Assembly (NCBI GenBank): GCA_951406725.2
Contig: OX597829.1
Coordinates: 2,232,001-2,296,000, forward strand
Direction: 5' to 3'
Source of the DNA: Octopus vulgaris
Taxonomy: Eukaryota
DNA length: 64,000 nucleotides
Position 1 is the stretch's first letter; every line of letters begins with the position of its first letter. The notes beneath the pieces were generated by a model. It saw nothing but the letters and a program-made list of their open reading frames with translations, searched no databases and was not told the origin of the DNA. Shown in pieces: positions 41,797-54,982 of this stretch. The translations under genes and the position numbers were made by a program.

Positions 41797-42734
41797 CATA
41801 TATATACACACACATATACACATACATATATATGTGTGTGTGTGTGTGTATATGCACACACATACACACACTGGCATATCCATAAAATACCAATATACAT
41901 GTGTATGTGTGCAAGACTCAGTACATGAATATATGTACAAATACAGTCGTATACATAGTGACAACTGTACTTGTTGCCTTTAGCTTGTAAATTGAGAATA
42001 GCCACCTTAATAATTTATAATTCTCGCTTACCATTTTTTGAGTCAGTCAAAGTTTCCTATGGTCTTCCCTATAAGGCTGACAAAATGACTTAGGTTCTTT
42101 TAACCCTTGATGATAGAGTAATGAGTCACTAATGAAGATTGATTAAATCTGAAATCAGCGCTGATACAACCCCATCTCACTTTTCAGAGGGAGTGAGCCT
42201 GTCTCATTCGTCAGTCGTTAAAAAAGTGCTCTCACGTGGTTAAGAGTTGTTTTGACTCTTATTTCTAGCAATGCTGGTGCTGACTAGCACCCTCAGTCAC
42301 TTTAGTGACAACTACTTTCAGTTCTGAATTGCAAATAGCCACCTTAACAATTTACATTATCTATATATATATATATATATAAATACATACAGGGTGTGAT
42401 GGGTAAATTGTTGCCTTTTTATATTTTTAATTTTATGCGCATTGTTCGTTTTTGATTTTGTCCATTACACAGTACAATAGAGTCAGTTGACTGTTTTTAT
42501 GTAAAACTACAGCTTTGAATCTGCCCGGCACTACCTTTCTTCAGTATTTCCCATTGCTGAAGGTTAAAGAGCCAGAAACGCACATCTGGGAATTTGCTAG
42601 ATGGAAGCTCAGGATAAATATAGCACTTTTACAGCTTTTACCTAAAGAAAGAATTATATTTCTCTATGGTAGCAGCAGTGAATTGGCCTTTAGAAATTAA
42701 AATATATCACAAACATTTTTTAACTAACATAAAG

Positions 42735-42778
<44 letters not shown>

Positions 42779-42782
<4 letters not shown>

Positions 42783-43081
42783 CGTGACTGACCAGGCTAT
42801 CAGATGTTGCTACACATCGCTGGTCACAATGCGCTTTGTATTGTTTTAGCCTTCAAATGACGCCACCCCGCTGGCTAAGCGAGCAGGCCAACAGAAGAAA
42901 GAATGAGAGAAAGTTGTGGCAAAAGAGTACAGCAGGGATCGCTCCTTCCCCCCTGCTGGAGCCTCATGGAGCTTTAGGTGTTTTCGCTCAATAAACACTC
43001 ACAACACCCAGTCTGGGAATCGAAACTGCGATCCTATGGCTGCGAGTCCGCTGCCCAAACCACTGGGCCATTGCGCTTCCA
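42779..43081 (-). mobile_element. SINE family C
   Basis: Homologous to 689-1000; tail merges with (AT)n. Confidence 0.9.
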
Positions 43082-43092
43082 CACACACAGAT

Positions 43093-43129
<37 letters not shown>

Positions 43130-43130
<1 letters not shown>

Positions 43131-43811
43131 AACCGGCCACAAAGGTTCTATGGAAACATGATATAAACTAAAATTATCCCTCCTGAAAAAACTACTCCCG
43201 AGAAAGACTATATTCACCTACCCATCATTGGATGAAATAACATGGATCTTATAATATATTACGGGAAGGCTGTACCTTATTTCCCCTTGTTATGGCCAAA
43301 TCATTGTACTCTGATGTACTTCACTTGTATTCTCGTGCTTGTTCTTATTCTTAACTCCTATTCTTATTAAACTCTATTTAAGAGGATAAAAACATAGAAG
43401 CTATTCTTAACTGACTTTTATATGTGCTACCCCCACCACCACCACCAATCACTTAGAGCCTCTGAAGAAGCCTAGGGGGTACATCCATTATCCAAACCTT
43501 GTCTGCTCATCCCTGAAGAGATGGAGATAACCTGGAAGATTTTGTTGCCACTTTGGCAGAAACGGCTGTAAGGAACAAGCACCTGCACACCCATTCAGTT
43601 TCTTGCCAATCTGCTCATTCGCTCACTTGTTTCCATAAGCTTATATGTTTTCACAATCTTGTTTATTGCAGCTACCAGCTTTTTTCCACACGATAATTTG
43701 TACCACTAATACATGTGTGTGTATTTATCCAATACATTTGAATAAATAGATATACTGGAATGTTTGCCAGCTGAAGTCTGTCATTTTATATCCTCTCCGT
43801 TTTCTTATTAG

Positions 43812-43815
<4 letters not shown>
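43130..43815 (+). mobile_element. Probable Penelope-like element 3' remnant
   Basis: Unique segment bracketed by (TA)n and containing a hammerhead-like fold; weak decayed ORF at the 5' end. Confidence 0.4.
43459..43573 (+). ncRNA. Hammerhead-like motif with ~90-nt stem II insert
   Basis: CCT-CTGAAGA-AGCC...GGCA-GAAA-CGGCTG-TA-AGG. Second CTGAAGA at 43513; stem I only 3 bp. Confidence 0.45.
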
Positions 43816-43861
<46 letters not shown>

Positions 43862-43962
43862 CATATACATATATATATATATATATATATACATATAAAT
43901 AAATACATATACATATGTATATAAATATATATGTATATATATATGTATCTCTGTGTGTGTGT

Positions 43963-43993
<31 letters not shown>

Positions 43994-44645
43994 GTAGTAT
44001 ATGTATATATGCATATCTATATATCTATCTATATATATATGTGAGAGCAAAATAATTGAGATTCAGATGAATTAGATACTTAAGTTGAAGCACCAAAAAT
44101 CAGTGCCTTTAAATTGATGTAATGATTGCATTGTTCAATTAAATGTCCTGTTGCTTATTTTGATTATACATATATACCACAAGTTGATTAATTACAAATT
44201 ATTAAATTATTCCTCATGCAGTAGGAAAACAGAATACTCTAACATGCTTATACACAGTCAACTTTATAACAAATTGTTTATTAACCACATAGGGAAAGAA
44301 TGACCATGTGGTCACATGTCCAATAATTGAGATTATAATTAGTGTAAATAACCACTCTACACATCATGTACATCTACAAATTCTAATTTACACATCTTTT
44401 TAATTTTAACTTGTAACTAAAGTATATATATATATATATATATATATATGGTTCAAATATATAGAAAGCAAAAGACAAAGACAGCGGGAGGGAAGAACAA
44501 CAACCAGGTGTATTAGTTTGATGCTCAGGAAGAATGGAGAAACTTTTGGCATCTTGAGCCTATACTCTTTGAAAGAAAGGTATGAGAGAGAGAGAAGCAT
44601 AAAGGGGAAAAATGTATCAGTATATACACATATATGTATCATATG

Positions 44646-44942
44646 TCACCGTCACCGTGACTGACCATACTATCAGATGTTGTTACACATCGCTGGTCAC
44701 AATGCGCTTCGCATTGTCTTAGCTTTCAAATGACGCCACCCTGCTGGCTAAGCGAGCAGGCCAACAGAAGAAAGAGTGAGGGAAAGTTGGGGCGAAAGAG
44801 TACAGCAGGGATCGCCACCCTCACCCCCTACCGGAGCCTCGTGGAGCTTTAGGTGTTTTCGCTCAATAAACACTCACAACGCCCGGTCTGGGAATCGAAA
44901 CCGCGAGTCCGCTGCCCTAACAACTGGACCATTGCGCCTCCA
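44646..44942 (-). mobile_element. SINE family C
   Basis: Family homology. Confidence 0.9.
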
Positions 44943-45055
44943 CACATACACACACACACATATATATTAAAAGTTAAAATTTAATGCATGTGATATTCAA
45001 AGTCAGGAAATCTTAACTTCCAGTTCCCACACAATATCTTGCCACTCTACTTTCA

Positions 45056-45092
<37 letters not shown>

Positions 45093-45646
45093 CAGTTGTT
45101 ACATCCTGAATGTTCTACTAACTCTAACTGTGTTTTTCTGTCTGCAACTACAAAAGGTGCCCAGAAGCGGTTAACAGAAGTGCAGTACATGCTCCCAGGT
45201 CATAATAATAATCACTTGTCAGCGATGGGTGGCTGTCTTACAGCTTTCTTTTGATTCTATTTCCTGTTACCCTTTCTATTGTTCTTCAATAGCTCAGTTT
45301 AGTTTAATACTTAACAATACAACAACAACAACAACGAATGGAGGACAGATTCTGAAAAAAAAAAAACTGTAAAAATAAAAACTGTTTGTAATGTATTAAC
45401 CTTATTTATCACTAAGTTGCATTGACATTTAGATTAGAAAAAGGAAAATAAATACAAGACTTATTTACAATGCTATTTAATTTAACAGCGTAGAAAGTAT
45501 ATTTGAGTAATTATTTATTGTGTTATAGCATTATTAATATATAGCATTGTTATAGTAACATTTCACAATTGGAATTAATAGAAGGAATAATTAAGCAACC
45601 AAGGGCTAAGTTTCTTTTATCTATGTGTGAATTGTGTGTGTGTGTG

Positions 45647-46215
45647 GTGAAGGCGTGTAGCTTAGTGGTTAGGGTATTTGTCTCATGATTGTAAGGTCGT
45701 GAGTTCGATTTCTGGCAGTGCTTTGTGTCCTTGAGCAAGGTACTTTATTCCACTTTGCTCCAGTCCACTCAGTTGGTAAAAATAAGTCGTACTTGTAATT
45801 CACGGGACCAACCTTGTCACATTCTTATTTCTTCATTGCCCACAAGGGGCTAAACATAGAGGGGACAAACAAGGACAGACAAAGGGATTAAGTTGATTAC
45901 ATCAACCCCAATGTGTAACTGGTACTTAATTTATCAACCCTGAAAGGATGAAAGGCAAAGTCGACCTCGGCGGAATTTGAACTCGGAACGTAACGGCAGA
46001 CGAAATGCCGCTAAGCATTTCCCCCGGCATGCTAACGTTTCTGCAAGCTCGCCACCTTATCACATTCTGTCTCATGCTGAACCTCCCTGAGAAAAATGTT
46101 AAGGGTACACATATCTGTGGAGTACTCGGCCACACAAATGTTAATTTCACAAGCAGGAAGTTCCTCATATTGGATCAACCGGAATCACTCATCGTCATAG
46201 CTGATGGAGTGCCAG
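45647..46215 (+). mobile_element. SINE family D-related element interrupted by a family B SINE
   Basis: tRNA head and Meta-like core; continues after 46068. Confidence 0.7.
45826..46057 (-). mobile_element. SINE family B
   Basis: Nin/Deu-like core; TSD tcacattct. Confidence 0.9.
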
Positions 46216-46515
46216 TCAATGAGCAGGTGTGGGCATGTGTGTCTGTGTGCATTTGTATGAGTATTGTGTGTGTGTGTGTGTGTGTGTGAGAGTTCCTGTG
46301 CTATTTCATTTATGAGCATATATCTTATTAAATCAGTAATTAGGAAAAAAAAAAATTGATGAATTTAATGACTTAACTCTTCAGCTTCTCATATGTCATG
46401 CCTTATAAATTAGTATTGGTTAAGAATTAGCTTAATAATCTATTGATTAAAAAACAACAAAACGAAATAAAGGAATGTTGCATATTCATGGATATGGAGA
46501 AGAGAAAGTATCAAT

Positions 46516-46549
<34 letters not shown>

Positions 46550-46745
46550 AGGCAGTGAGCTGGCAGAATTGTTAGTGTGCTGGATGTACATATTGTCAGC
46601 CACTAAGGGATATGTTCAACTGATATTGAGCAGAATATTTGCTGTAATCCATCTTTTATATCAAGACAAAACAATGTACATGATAACACTTCCAGTCAGT
46701 TAAGATCAGAAGCCATGAGAGCCACTGCCTGGTACTGCATCGGGG

Positions 46746-46802
<57 letters not shown>

Positions 46803-47178
46803 TACTACTACTACTACTACTATTATTATTATTATTATTAATTTTACAGGGTAAAGAAACTCTGAAATAAACAACACTGCAAAACTGAGAAGCAGGAAAA
46901 TACACACTAATGTCACTTCAATCTGAAGACAAGATTGTGAGAGTCTCAGAACATTGATGATGGATCCAAGAATTTTACTGTATCAAACAAACCGCAAGGA
47001 TATCATATGGAAAATATGAGTAAAAATAAACATTAAAAAAACCCTGAAAATAAATAAAACTAATTCACAGAAGTGTTTATAATAAGCAAGAAGAGTTTGT
47101 GAAATAAACAAAAGACGAAGACAGGTGGTGTACAAAACAAACAGATGTATTAGTATAACACTCAGGAATAGAAAAAGT

Positions 47179-47214
47179 CTTTTACGTTTCGAGCCTACGC
47201 TCTTCTACGGAAAG
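47179..47214 (-). ncRNA. Hammerhead-like motif with altered core (CCGUAGA)
   Basis: Minus strand reads CTTT-CCGTAGA-A GAGC GTAG GCTC-GAAA-CG-TA-AAAG. Same architecture as 5892-5926. Confidence 0.55.
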
Positions 47215-47284
47215 GGACACAGAAAAAACAAGGAGAGAAAATAAGCATGTGTTTGTGTAGAAAATTATTATGCAGTAAACTTAC

Positions 47285-47473
47285 CTAAGAGAGGAGCTAA
47301 CCAGTTAACATTTGCCTCAACATGTGAATCTAAAAAGATCAAAACTTGACCAGTCGCCGCTTTAGCTCCAAGAAGCCGAGTTCTAATCAAGCCTTCTCTC
47401 TGCTTAGCATGAATCACTTTGACATTGGTGAATTTCTCTTTCACATAAGTATCTAATGGTTCTTTGCAATGTT
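47285..47473 (-). CDS. GALNT10: Internal exon of polypeptide N-acetylgalactosaminyltransferase (GT27, GALNT10/pgant6-like), containing the DxH metal-binding motif
   Basis: Translation (E)[62 protein letters not shown] carries the REGLIR and FLDSHxExNxxWLxPLL motifs. Acceptor tccacag|AA and donor G|gtaag; 189 nt, phase 1-1. Subfamily assigned from recalled similarity. Confidence 0.92.
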
Positions 47474-47670
47474 CTGTGGATGAAATGCAGAAAAAAAGAT
47501 ATATTATATATATGTGGGTGTATTTATAAGGCAAAAACAAATCAATAAAAAAAATAAAATGAAATAAATAAGACATGATTAATTTTCGCAAAATTCATTG
47601 TGATTAATAATTTTCTTGTACAAAAATAAATAATGAAATTTTTAGTGACATGGTATGGTAGATATTAATA

Positions 47671-47904
47671 AGGTGGTGAGCTGGCAGAAACGTTAGCACG
47701 CCGGGTGAAATGCTTAGCAGTATTTCGTCTGTGGTTACGTTCTGAGTTTAAATTCCGCCAAGGTCGACTTTGCCTTTCATCCTTTCGGGGTCGATTAAAT
47801 AAGTACCATTTACGCACTGGGGTCGATATAATCGACTTAATCCGTGTGTCTGTCCTTGTTTGTCCTCTCTGTGGTGGTGGCCCCTTGTGGGTAGTAAAGA
47901 AATA
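47671..47904 (+). mobile_element. SINE family B
   Basis: TSD ggtatggtagatattaa. Confidence 0.92.
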
Positions 47905-48559
47905 GGTATGGTAGATATTAACAACACTGATAGCGGTGGTGGCAGTGGTTGCTGCCACCACTATCACCAACTTCATCATTTGTACACTCAGCTCATCGTC
48001 CACTTCCTCCAGATCTCTCTATTTCATGTAACCTTGTATAGGGTTGTTTAAACTGAGAAAATTCAGGCCCACTACCCTCAAAAAATAGTGGTGAAGTTAT
48101 TTGCCCCATTTCTCTTGTTAGTTATTAATGAAAAAACAAAACAGACTCTCTGCGCATATTCTTCTATTGGACAGGTTTAAAAATGTTTAAAGTCAGCTCA
48201 ATTTTATTAAGTATGGTAATGTGTCCACCCTGTTTTAGTGCTTGCTGCAACACACACATATATCCTGGATGGGTCATTAGCAATGGACGCACTCATTAAC
48301 AATGGTGGCGGTGGCAGTGGCGGTGATGATGATGATAAAGTGGAAATGCTATACCAACAGACTTGATACCTTGTGGTATTTTTTAAATTGTGGCCTGAGT
48401 CCAAGCCCGACAGTGGCCTCCCTGGATGGTAGTCTTAGCCCATTGCTCCATTTAACACCACCACAGCCACTACCCCACCACCTGGTCCTTGGTAGTCTTG
48501 AGTGGTTGCATTGGTTACAAGCATCCAAGACTTTAGAGGCTGCAAACTTTAACCAATAG

Positions 48560-48932
48560 GTCATTTAGTAAGAAGTTTCCCAACCATATGGTTCTGGGTT
48601 CAGTTCCACTACACAGCACCTCAGGAGAGAGTCTTCTACTGTAGTCCTGGGCCAAACAAAACCTTGAGAATGGATCTGGTAGATGGAAAACAAAGGGAAC
48701 CTATCATCTATATGTATATAGAAATGTGTGTGAATCTTTGTGCTTGTCCCCTAAAACTGATTGACAACCAGTGTTAGTTTGTTTACATCCCCATAACTTA
48801 GTGGTTCAGCAAAAGAGAGCTGATAGAATAGGTACCAGGCTTTAAAAATACAGGAAAATAAGTACTGGGGCCAATTTGTTCAACTAAACCCTTCAAAGAG
48901 GTGCCCCAGCATGACCTGAAACAAGTAAAAGA
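48560..48932 (+). mobile_element. Diverged SINE family A
   Basis: Family homology. Confidence 0.75.
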
Positions 48933-49057
48933 TAAAAAAATATATATATATATATATATATTGGTAAAAACGGTAAGATAACAAAAGAAAGAAAGAGACC
49001 TCAATATTATGTAAATAGAGGAAATTTATCTATAAAATAATATGTTTCAGATGGCCA

Positions 49058-49118
49058 GATAACCGAAGAGATGGTGTTGTGGATTTCCACTTCGGCATCT
49101 GAAACTCAGAGTTTTCTC
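49058..49118 (+). ncRNA. Hammerhead-like motif, CCGAAGA core
   Basis: GATAA-CCGAAGA-GATG..GTGGA TT TCCAC..CATCT-GAAA-CTCAGAG-TT-TTCTC. One stem I mismatch; adjacent short inversion (gtttcagatg/catctgaaac). Confidence 0.55.
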
Positions 49119-49144
49119 TTGACTATTGAGTAAATGTAGCATAT

Positions 49145-49213
<69 letters not shown>

Positions 49214-50180
49214 CACACATATATATATATACACACACCCACACCCACCCACACACACACACACACATATATATATGTCCAACCCATGCTAGCATGGAAA
49301 ACAGATATTAAATGATGATGATGTTCACATAAGCAGTTGAACCAGATCTGTGGTTTGAGGAGACAGAGAGGGAAAGAGAGAGAGAGAGGGGGGCGGTAGA
49401 GACAGACAGACAGATAGACAAAGAGAGAGAGAGAGAGTCAGTTGTATTATATGATTATTCTGTATCCTCAGTTTATTTTATCAAGCATAAAATTATGAAC
49501 AGTAAAAGTTAGTTAACCAGGACAGAGTGTAGACAGACCTTACTTAAATACTGCAAGGTATTTTAACCTGGCAGTTCACCAATTCTACCACTCTGCCACC
49601 TCCTTAAATAACGATTTCTAAATTTGGCATTAAGCCACACATTTTTGAGAAGAGATAGAATTGTTTTAATTGATATTGGTACTTGACCAGTCAAGTACTT
49701 CATTGATTTTTACAAGAAATGATGAAATAACAAAACTGCTCCTAGCTTTGAAATTTTAAATTCAAGTCCTAAAAGAACATAGGTGCAAGCAACCCTAACT
49801 CAACTGTTATGAAGTTTGATTTGTGACTGCGTTGAGGAGTGTTTGAGCTCACTGATGAGGTCAGTAAGGTTGGGCAGGTGGGGAGTTGATCACATGACAC
49901 TCAACAACAGGAGTGGGAAGGAAACATGATAGCATAAGCCACACAGGATAATTTAACACCTGATATTAAAACAGATAACATCACACACACACAGCAATGC
50001 ACACACTCACACACACAAAATACTATTACCACCCAACTTCTCTTATCAACCTCATGGTGTCCGCCCTGTCCTTCTCTCCACCCTTACCCACCACACCGTT
50101 CACATTAACCACACCTATCTCTGAAACCCCCCCCCCCACCTCTTTGTTCATGTCTTTCAACACAATGGTATTGACTTTCA

Positions 50181-50403
50181 AGGCAGTGAGATGACAGAAG
50201 CGCTCCCTCTGGACAAAATGTGTATTTCGTCTGCCACTATGTTCTGAGCTCAAATTCTGCTGAGGTCGACTTTGCCTTTCATCCTTTTGGGGTCAATTAA
50301 ATAAGTACCAATTATGCACTGGGGTCAATATAATCAACTTAATTGGTTGTCTATCCTTGTTTGTCCCCTCTGTGTTTAGCCCCTTGTGGGTAGTAAAGAA
50401 ATA
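50181..50403 (+). mobile_element. SINE family B
   Basis: TSD ggtattgactttca. Confidence 0.9.
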
Positions 50404-50599
50404 GGTATTGACTTTCAGTAGTTAAAGAGGTTCAACAATAGAACCAACACTACAGGTTTAGGCAAGCAAATGAAAGGCCTTAAGGTGCTGTAGCACTTAC
50501 AATGTGAAGACCTCTTTCCAAAAGGTTCATAGTATTTAGTTTCTCTATAATAAAACACTGTCTCCGACAGTCAGGACATGTAGCAAGAATGGAAGCCTA

Positions 50600-50830
50600 A
50601 AGCGGCAAGCTGGCAGAATCGTTAGCACGCCGGGTGAAATGCGTAGCCGTATTTCGTCTGCTGCTACGTTCTGAGTTCAAATTCCGCCAAGGTTGACTTT
50701 GCCTTTCATCCTTTCGGGGTCGATAAATTAAGTACCAGTTAGGCACTGGGGTCGATGTAATCAGCTTAATCTCTTTGTCTGTCCTTGTTTGTCCCCCCTA
50801 TGTTTAGCCCCTTGTGGGCAATAAAGAAAT
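50600..50830 (+). mobile_element. SINE family B inserted in an old RTE fragment (~50460-50950)
   Basis: TSD aagaatggaagc; flanks read GHVARME...RFPCQVFFNE..SGKRP. Confidence 0.88.
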
Positions 50831-51203
50831 AAGAATGGAAGCATCAAGGTTCCCATGTCAAGTCTTCTTCAATGAGTTCACTTCAGGGAAAAGACCACAG
50901 AGTTACCATTTTCAAAGATACAAGGTCTAACTCAAAACAACTATTCAATCTTAGTCACAGATTTTTTAATTAATTTTTTTTAATTAAACAGTCTGAAACT
51001 TCGGATACTGGTTGAATGTGTCATGTAGAACACGGTTTACTCTTAACGTTTTTGACAGAATTTTGTATTTTAGAAGTTATTTCATGTTAAAGTTGTCATA
51101 TTTGGGTAATTTTAACTAATCAATGACATGTATTCAGCTGAAGAAAGTTACTGCTGTTTGTGAAAGTAATGGAAGAGCAACAACTTCTGGGTCATCAGGT
51201 CAT

Positions 51204-51239
<36 letters not shown>

Positions 51240-51816
51240 AAGGTGGAAGAAAAGCATAAAAGATAACAAAGGTGGGTAAGAAAAACAGAAAATTCTTTTA
51301 TAGGGAATACATACGTGTATGTGTGCATGTGTATTTTTTCCGTCTTATCCAGTGTGACCTCTCATTTATATAATGTTAGTGTATGACATTGAGAGAGATT
51401 TGGCTATTATTTCCAGCAGGTCAAGCAACTATACAGATTCTCAAATTTTCTCACACACACACACACACATACAATCATACATGCATACATGCACACATAC
51501 ACATACATGTACATACACACAAATATACATTTTAATTGTTGATTTCAGTTAACTCGTTAAACCTGATATTTTTCACCTGATAAATCAGAGAGAGAGAGAG
51601 AGAGAGAGAATGGAGAGAGTGTTGGTGTGTTGACGATCTGAATGACAGCTTATATAAACTTATCAAACCCTCTCCTTTTCCTTGCGATAGTTTTGGGTCA
51701 ACCAAAGCCTTGTGAGCGACTAGGTAGATGGAAACTGAAAGAATCCTGTCTTTGTGTCTGTATTTGTCCCCATCACCACCACCACTTGACAACAGGTGTT
51801 TGTATGCTCACATATA

Positions 51817-52049
51817 AGGCGGCGAGCTGGCAGAATCGTTAGCACGTCGGGCGAAATGCTCATCAGTATTTCATCTGTCACTACGTTCTGAGTTCAAATT
51901 CCGCCGAGGTCGACTTTGCCTTTCATCCTTTCGGGGTCGATTAAATAAGTACCAGTTACGCACTGTGGGTCGATATGATCGAATTAATCCGTTTGTCCGT
52001 CCTTGTTTGTCCTTTCTTTGTTTAGCCCCTTGTGGGTAGTAAAGAAATA
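51817..52049 (+). mobile_element. SINE family B nested in a family A copy (~51690-52210)
   Basis: TSD aggtgtttgtatgctcac. Confidence 0.92.
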
Positions 52050-52376
52050 GGTGTTTGTATGCTCACGTTCCCATAACTTAGCAGTTCAGCAAAAAGGGAC
52101 CAACAAAATAAGTATCAGGCTTTAAAAAAAAAAATCCTGGAGTTGATTCATTCAGCTAAAAATTCTTCAAGGCAGTGCCCCAGCATGGCCATAATCTAAT
52201 GACTGAAAGAGGTAGAAGACAGAAGATAAATGTTTATGGAAAAAAAGGATAGGACAAAGATCTCACCTCAGTCATACAGACACACAGGGGCCAGTTTCCC
52301 AGTTTCCCAGGTTCCATGGCATAAACCTTTTCTTTTTTTCCTTTTATCTTTTATTTGTTTCAGTCATTAGACTGCA

Positions 52377-52782
52377 TCATCATCATCGTTCACCCGTGAT
52401 CGAGACAATGGAATTTGCTATGTTACGCCAGACTTCACGGTCCATCATAGCATTACGGAGGTCCTGTTGCTGGATGCCTGTATCCCTGGAGATTACATCA
52501 GGGTAGGAGAGTGTGCACCCTCTGGTATTGCGAGTAGATGGCTTCCAGAGGAGAAGAGTAGAAATTACCTCGTTTTCAGCTCTACAACAATGTCCAGCAA
52601 ACTGGACTCTTCTACCTTTCACAAGAGATGATACAGGTGGTAGTTTCCCATATATTTGTATTTTGGTTGGATGATGCTTCCACGAGAGATTTTGAGCTCT
52701 CATAAGGAGGCAAGTGTAAGTTCCATCCAACCGCCTCTCAAGCTTCTTTGATAACGCTCAAGTTTCTGAGCCATATAGTAGA
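52377..52782 (-). mobile_element. RTE-like LINE 3' fragment nested in a family A SINE (~52340-53140)
   Basis: Same family as 37886-38254; 11-bp TSD attagactgca. Confidence 0.9.
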
Positions 52783-53347
52783 ATTAGACTGCAACCATGC
52801 TGGGGCACCGCCTTGAAGAATTTGTTTTGGTTGAATGAATCAACCTAGTACTTATTTTACATTTGTTAATCCTGGTATTTATTCTGTCAGTCTCTTTTGC
52901 CAAACTGCTATGTTATAAGGATGTAAACACACCAACACTGGTCGCCCAGTGGTGGTGAGGGATAAATACACACACATATGATAGGCTTCTTTCAGTTTCT
53001 GTCTACGAAATCCACTTGCAAGGTTTTAGTCAGCCTGAGGCTATAGGAAAAGACACTTACCCAAGGTGTCAACAGTGGGATCGAACCCAGAAACATGTGG
53101 TTGGGCAGCAAGCTTCTTATCAACAGCCATGCCTGCACCTATGTTTGCCATCTGGATGGGACATCAGTTCATTGCAGGATTACTTGTTTTGGGCAGCTGA
53201 GTGGACAGGATCAATGTGAAATGAAATGTCTTGCTCAAGAACACATCACCCAGTCCAAGAAACAGAACCACAATCTTACAATCATGTGCCCAACACCCTA
53301 ACCACTAAGCCACAAACCTTGACATATATATATATCTATAAACACAT

Positions 53348-53660
53348 ATACAAGGGGGTACGCAAAAGTAACTGGAAACATTCTCTGTGGGTCACACCCA
53401 TTGTAGTTCAGGCTTCTGCCACTAGAAGCCACTTAACGCAGTCTTCAAGCGTCAGTCTACCAAGTAGTGGTGTGTTAAGTTGCACTGCCACAAGATGCAA
53501 CTTTGTTTTGCCATGCTTCTCCCCTGTTCACTGACTTTTGCAAGGGCTAAAACAAAGGGGACAGCCTGCTTCTGTGAAATTCTGTTTTCTTCTAGAGAAA
53601 ACAGCAGCCAAAACAGTTCCCATGCTTCAAACAACTTACAAGGATGCTGCCATGTGCAAA
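53348..53660 (+). pseudogene. Mariner 5' fragment
   Basis: TA-CAAGGGGGT TIR-like start; VKFCFLLEKTAAKTVPMLQTTYKDAAM HTH N-terminus. Confidence 0.7.
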
Positions 53661-53738
53661 ATACAAGTTTAACCATTTTGTTACCAACCTGGCTGAAACC
53701 AGCTCTCAGAGTGCTAATGGTTTTGCCAGCTTGCTGCC

Positions 53739-53785
<47 letters not shown>

Positions 53786-53919
53786 CACCACCACCACCAT
53801 CACCATCATTATTATTATGTTTTTTTTCCTTCTTTCTTCAAATTTTCTTCCGTTTTTCTAGGTGTATGGAAAACACTCAGTGAGAAACGGAAGAAAATTT
53901 GAAGAAAGAAGGAAAAAAC

Positions 53920-53950
<31 letters not shown>

Positions 53951-54179
53951 TGATGATAATAATAAGTGGTGGTGGCAGCAGAGGGGGAGGAAGAAGAGGA
54001 GGACAACAACAACAACAACAACAATATCATTTCATCAGTATGTCTGTCTTCAGGTTCTAAATGAAAAATGCAGAAATGCAGTAATTCAAGATTTGTTAAA
54101 TAATAAAAAAAAAACAACACAAGAATGGAATTTGGTATAAAGTGTGGTATACTTATAATGGAATGAGGAAAGATAGAGT

Positions 54180-54560
54180 TAGCAGATAGGGTAATGCTAC
54201 CTGACAGTCAAATACTGGAACACATTGAATAGAACGGATACAGGAACATAGAAATATCAGGAGGCCAACAAGATCAAGGAGATTGGAATGAAGAAACAGT
54301 TTGGAAAAAAAAAAAAAAAATTTTTAATTCATAAAGGATTGAAAATGGTGTTAACGAGAAAATTAAATGGAAGGAACATGATATTAGCAATGAATGTATG
54401 GGTGGATCAGTAATGAGATATGGAGCTAGAATACTCAATGGATTAAAGGGAAGAACTCCAGAAGTTAGGAACTCAGGGGAATTAAGAACACATGGGGAAT
54501 TACATCCATAAAATGGCATCAGTTGGCATCATCTGACCAAGAAAAATGGTGGAAGTTTGG
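54180..54560 (+). pseudogene. Highly decayed R4/Dong-like LINE fragment
   Basis: LPDSQILEHIE*NGYR...YGARIL...HGELHP resembles the post-RT region; weak. Confidence 0.4.
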
Positions 54561-54593
54561 TCAGTTGTTGGGACAGTATTAAAAAAAAAAAAA

Positions 54594-54982
54594 GGAGGAG
54601 GAGTGGCTGTGTGGTAAGTAGCTTGCTTACCAACCACATGGTTCCGGGTTCAGTCCCACTGCATGGCACCTTGGGCAAGTGTCTTCTACTATAGCCTCGG
54701 GCTGACCAAAGCCTTCTGAGTGGATTTGGTAGACGGAAACTGAAAGAAGCCTGTCGTATATATGTGTGTGTGTATATGTTTGCTTGTCTGTGTTTGTCCC
54801 CCCAACATCACTTGACAACTGATGCTGGTGTGTTTATATCCATGTAACTTAACAGTTCAGCAAAAGAGACTGATAGAATAAGTACTAGGCTTACAAAGAA
54901 TAAGTTCTGGGGTTGATTTGCTTGACTAAAGGCGGCGCTCCAGCATGACCACAGTCAAATGACTGAAACAAGTAAAAGAGTA
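54594..54982 (+). mobile_element. SINE family A
   Basis: Family homology. Confidence 0.9.

Noticed and set aside
49845-49885. CTGATGA hammerhead core
   Set aside because: No GAAA or closing stems; likewise for cores at 17871, 41288(-), 42208(-), 56821 and the CTGATGG at 35275.
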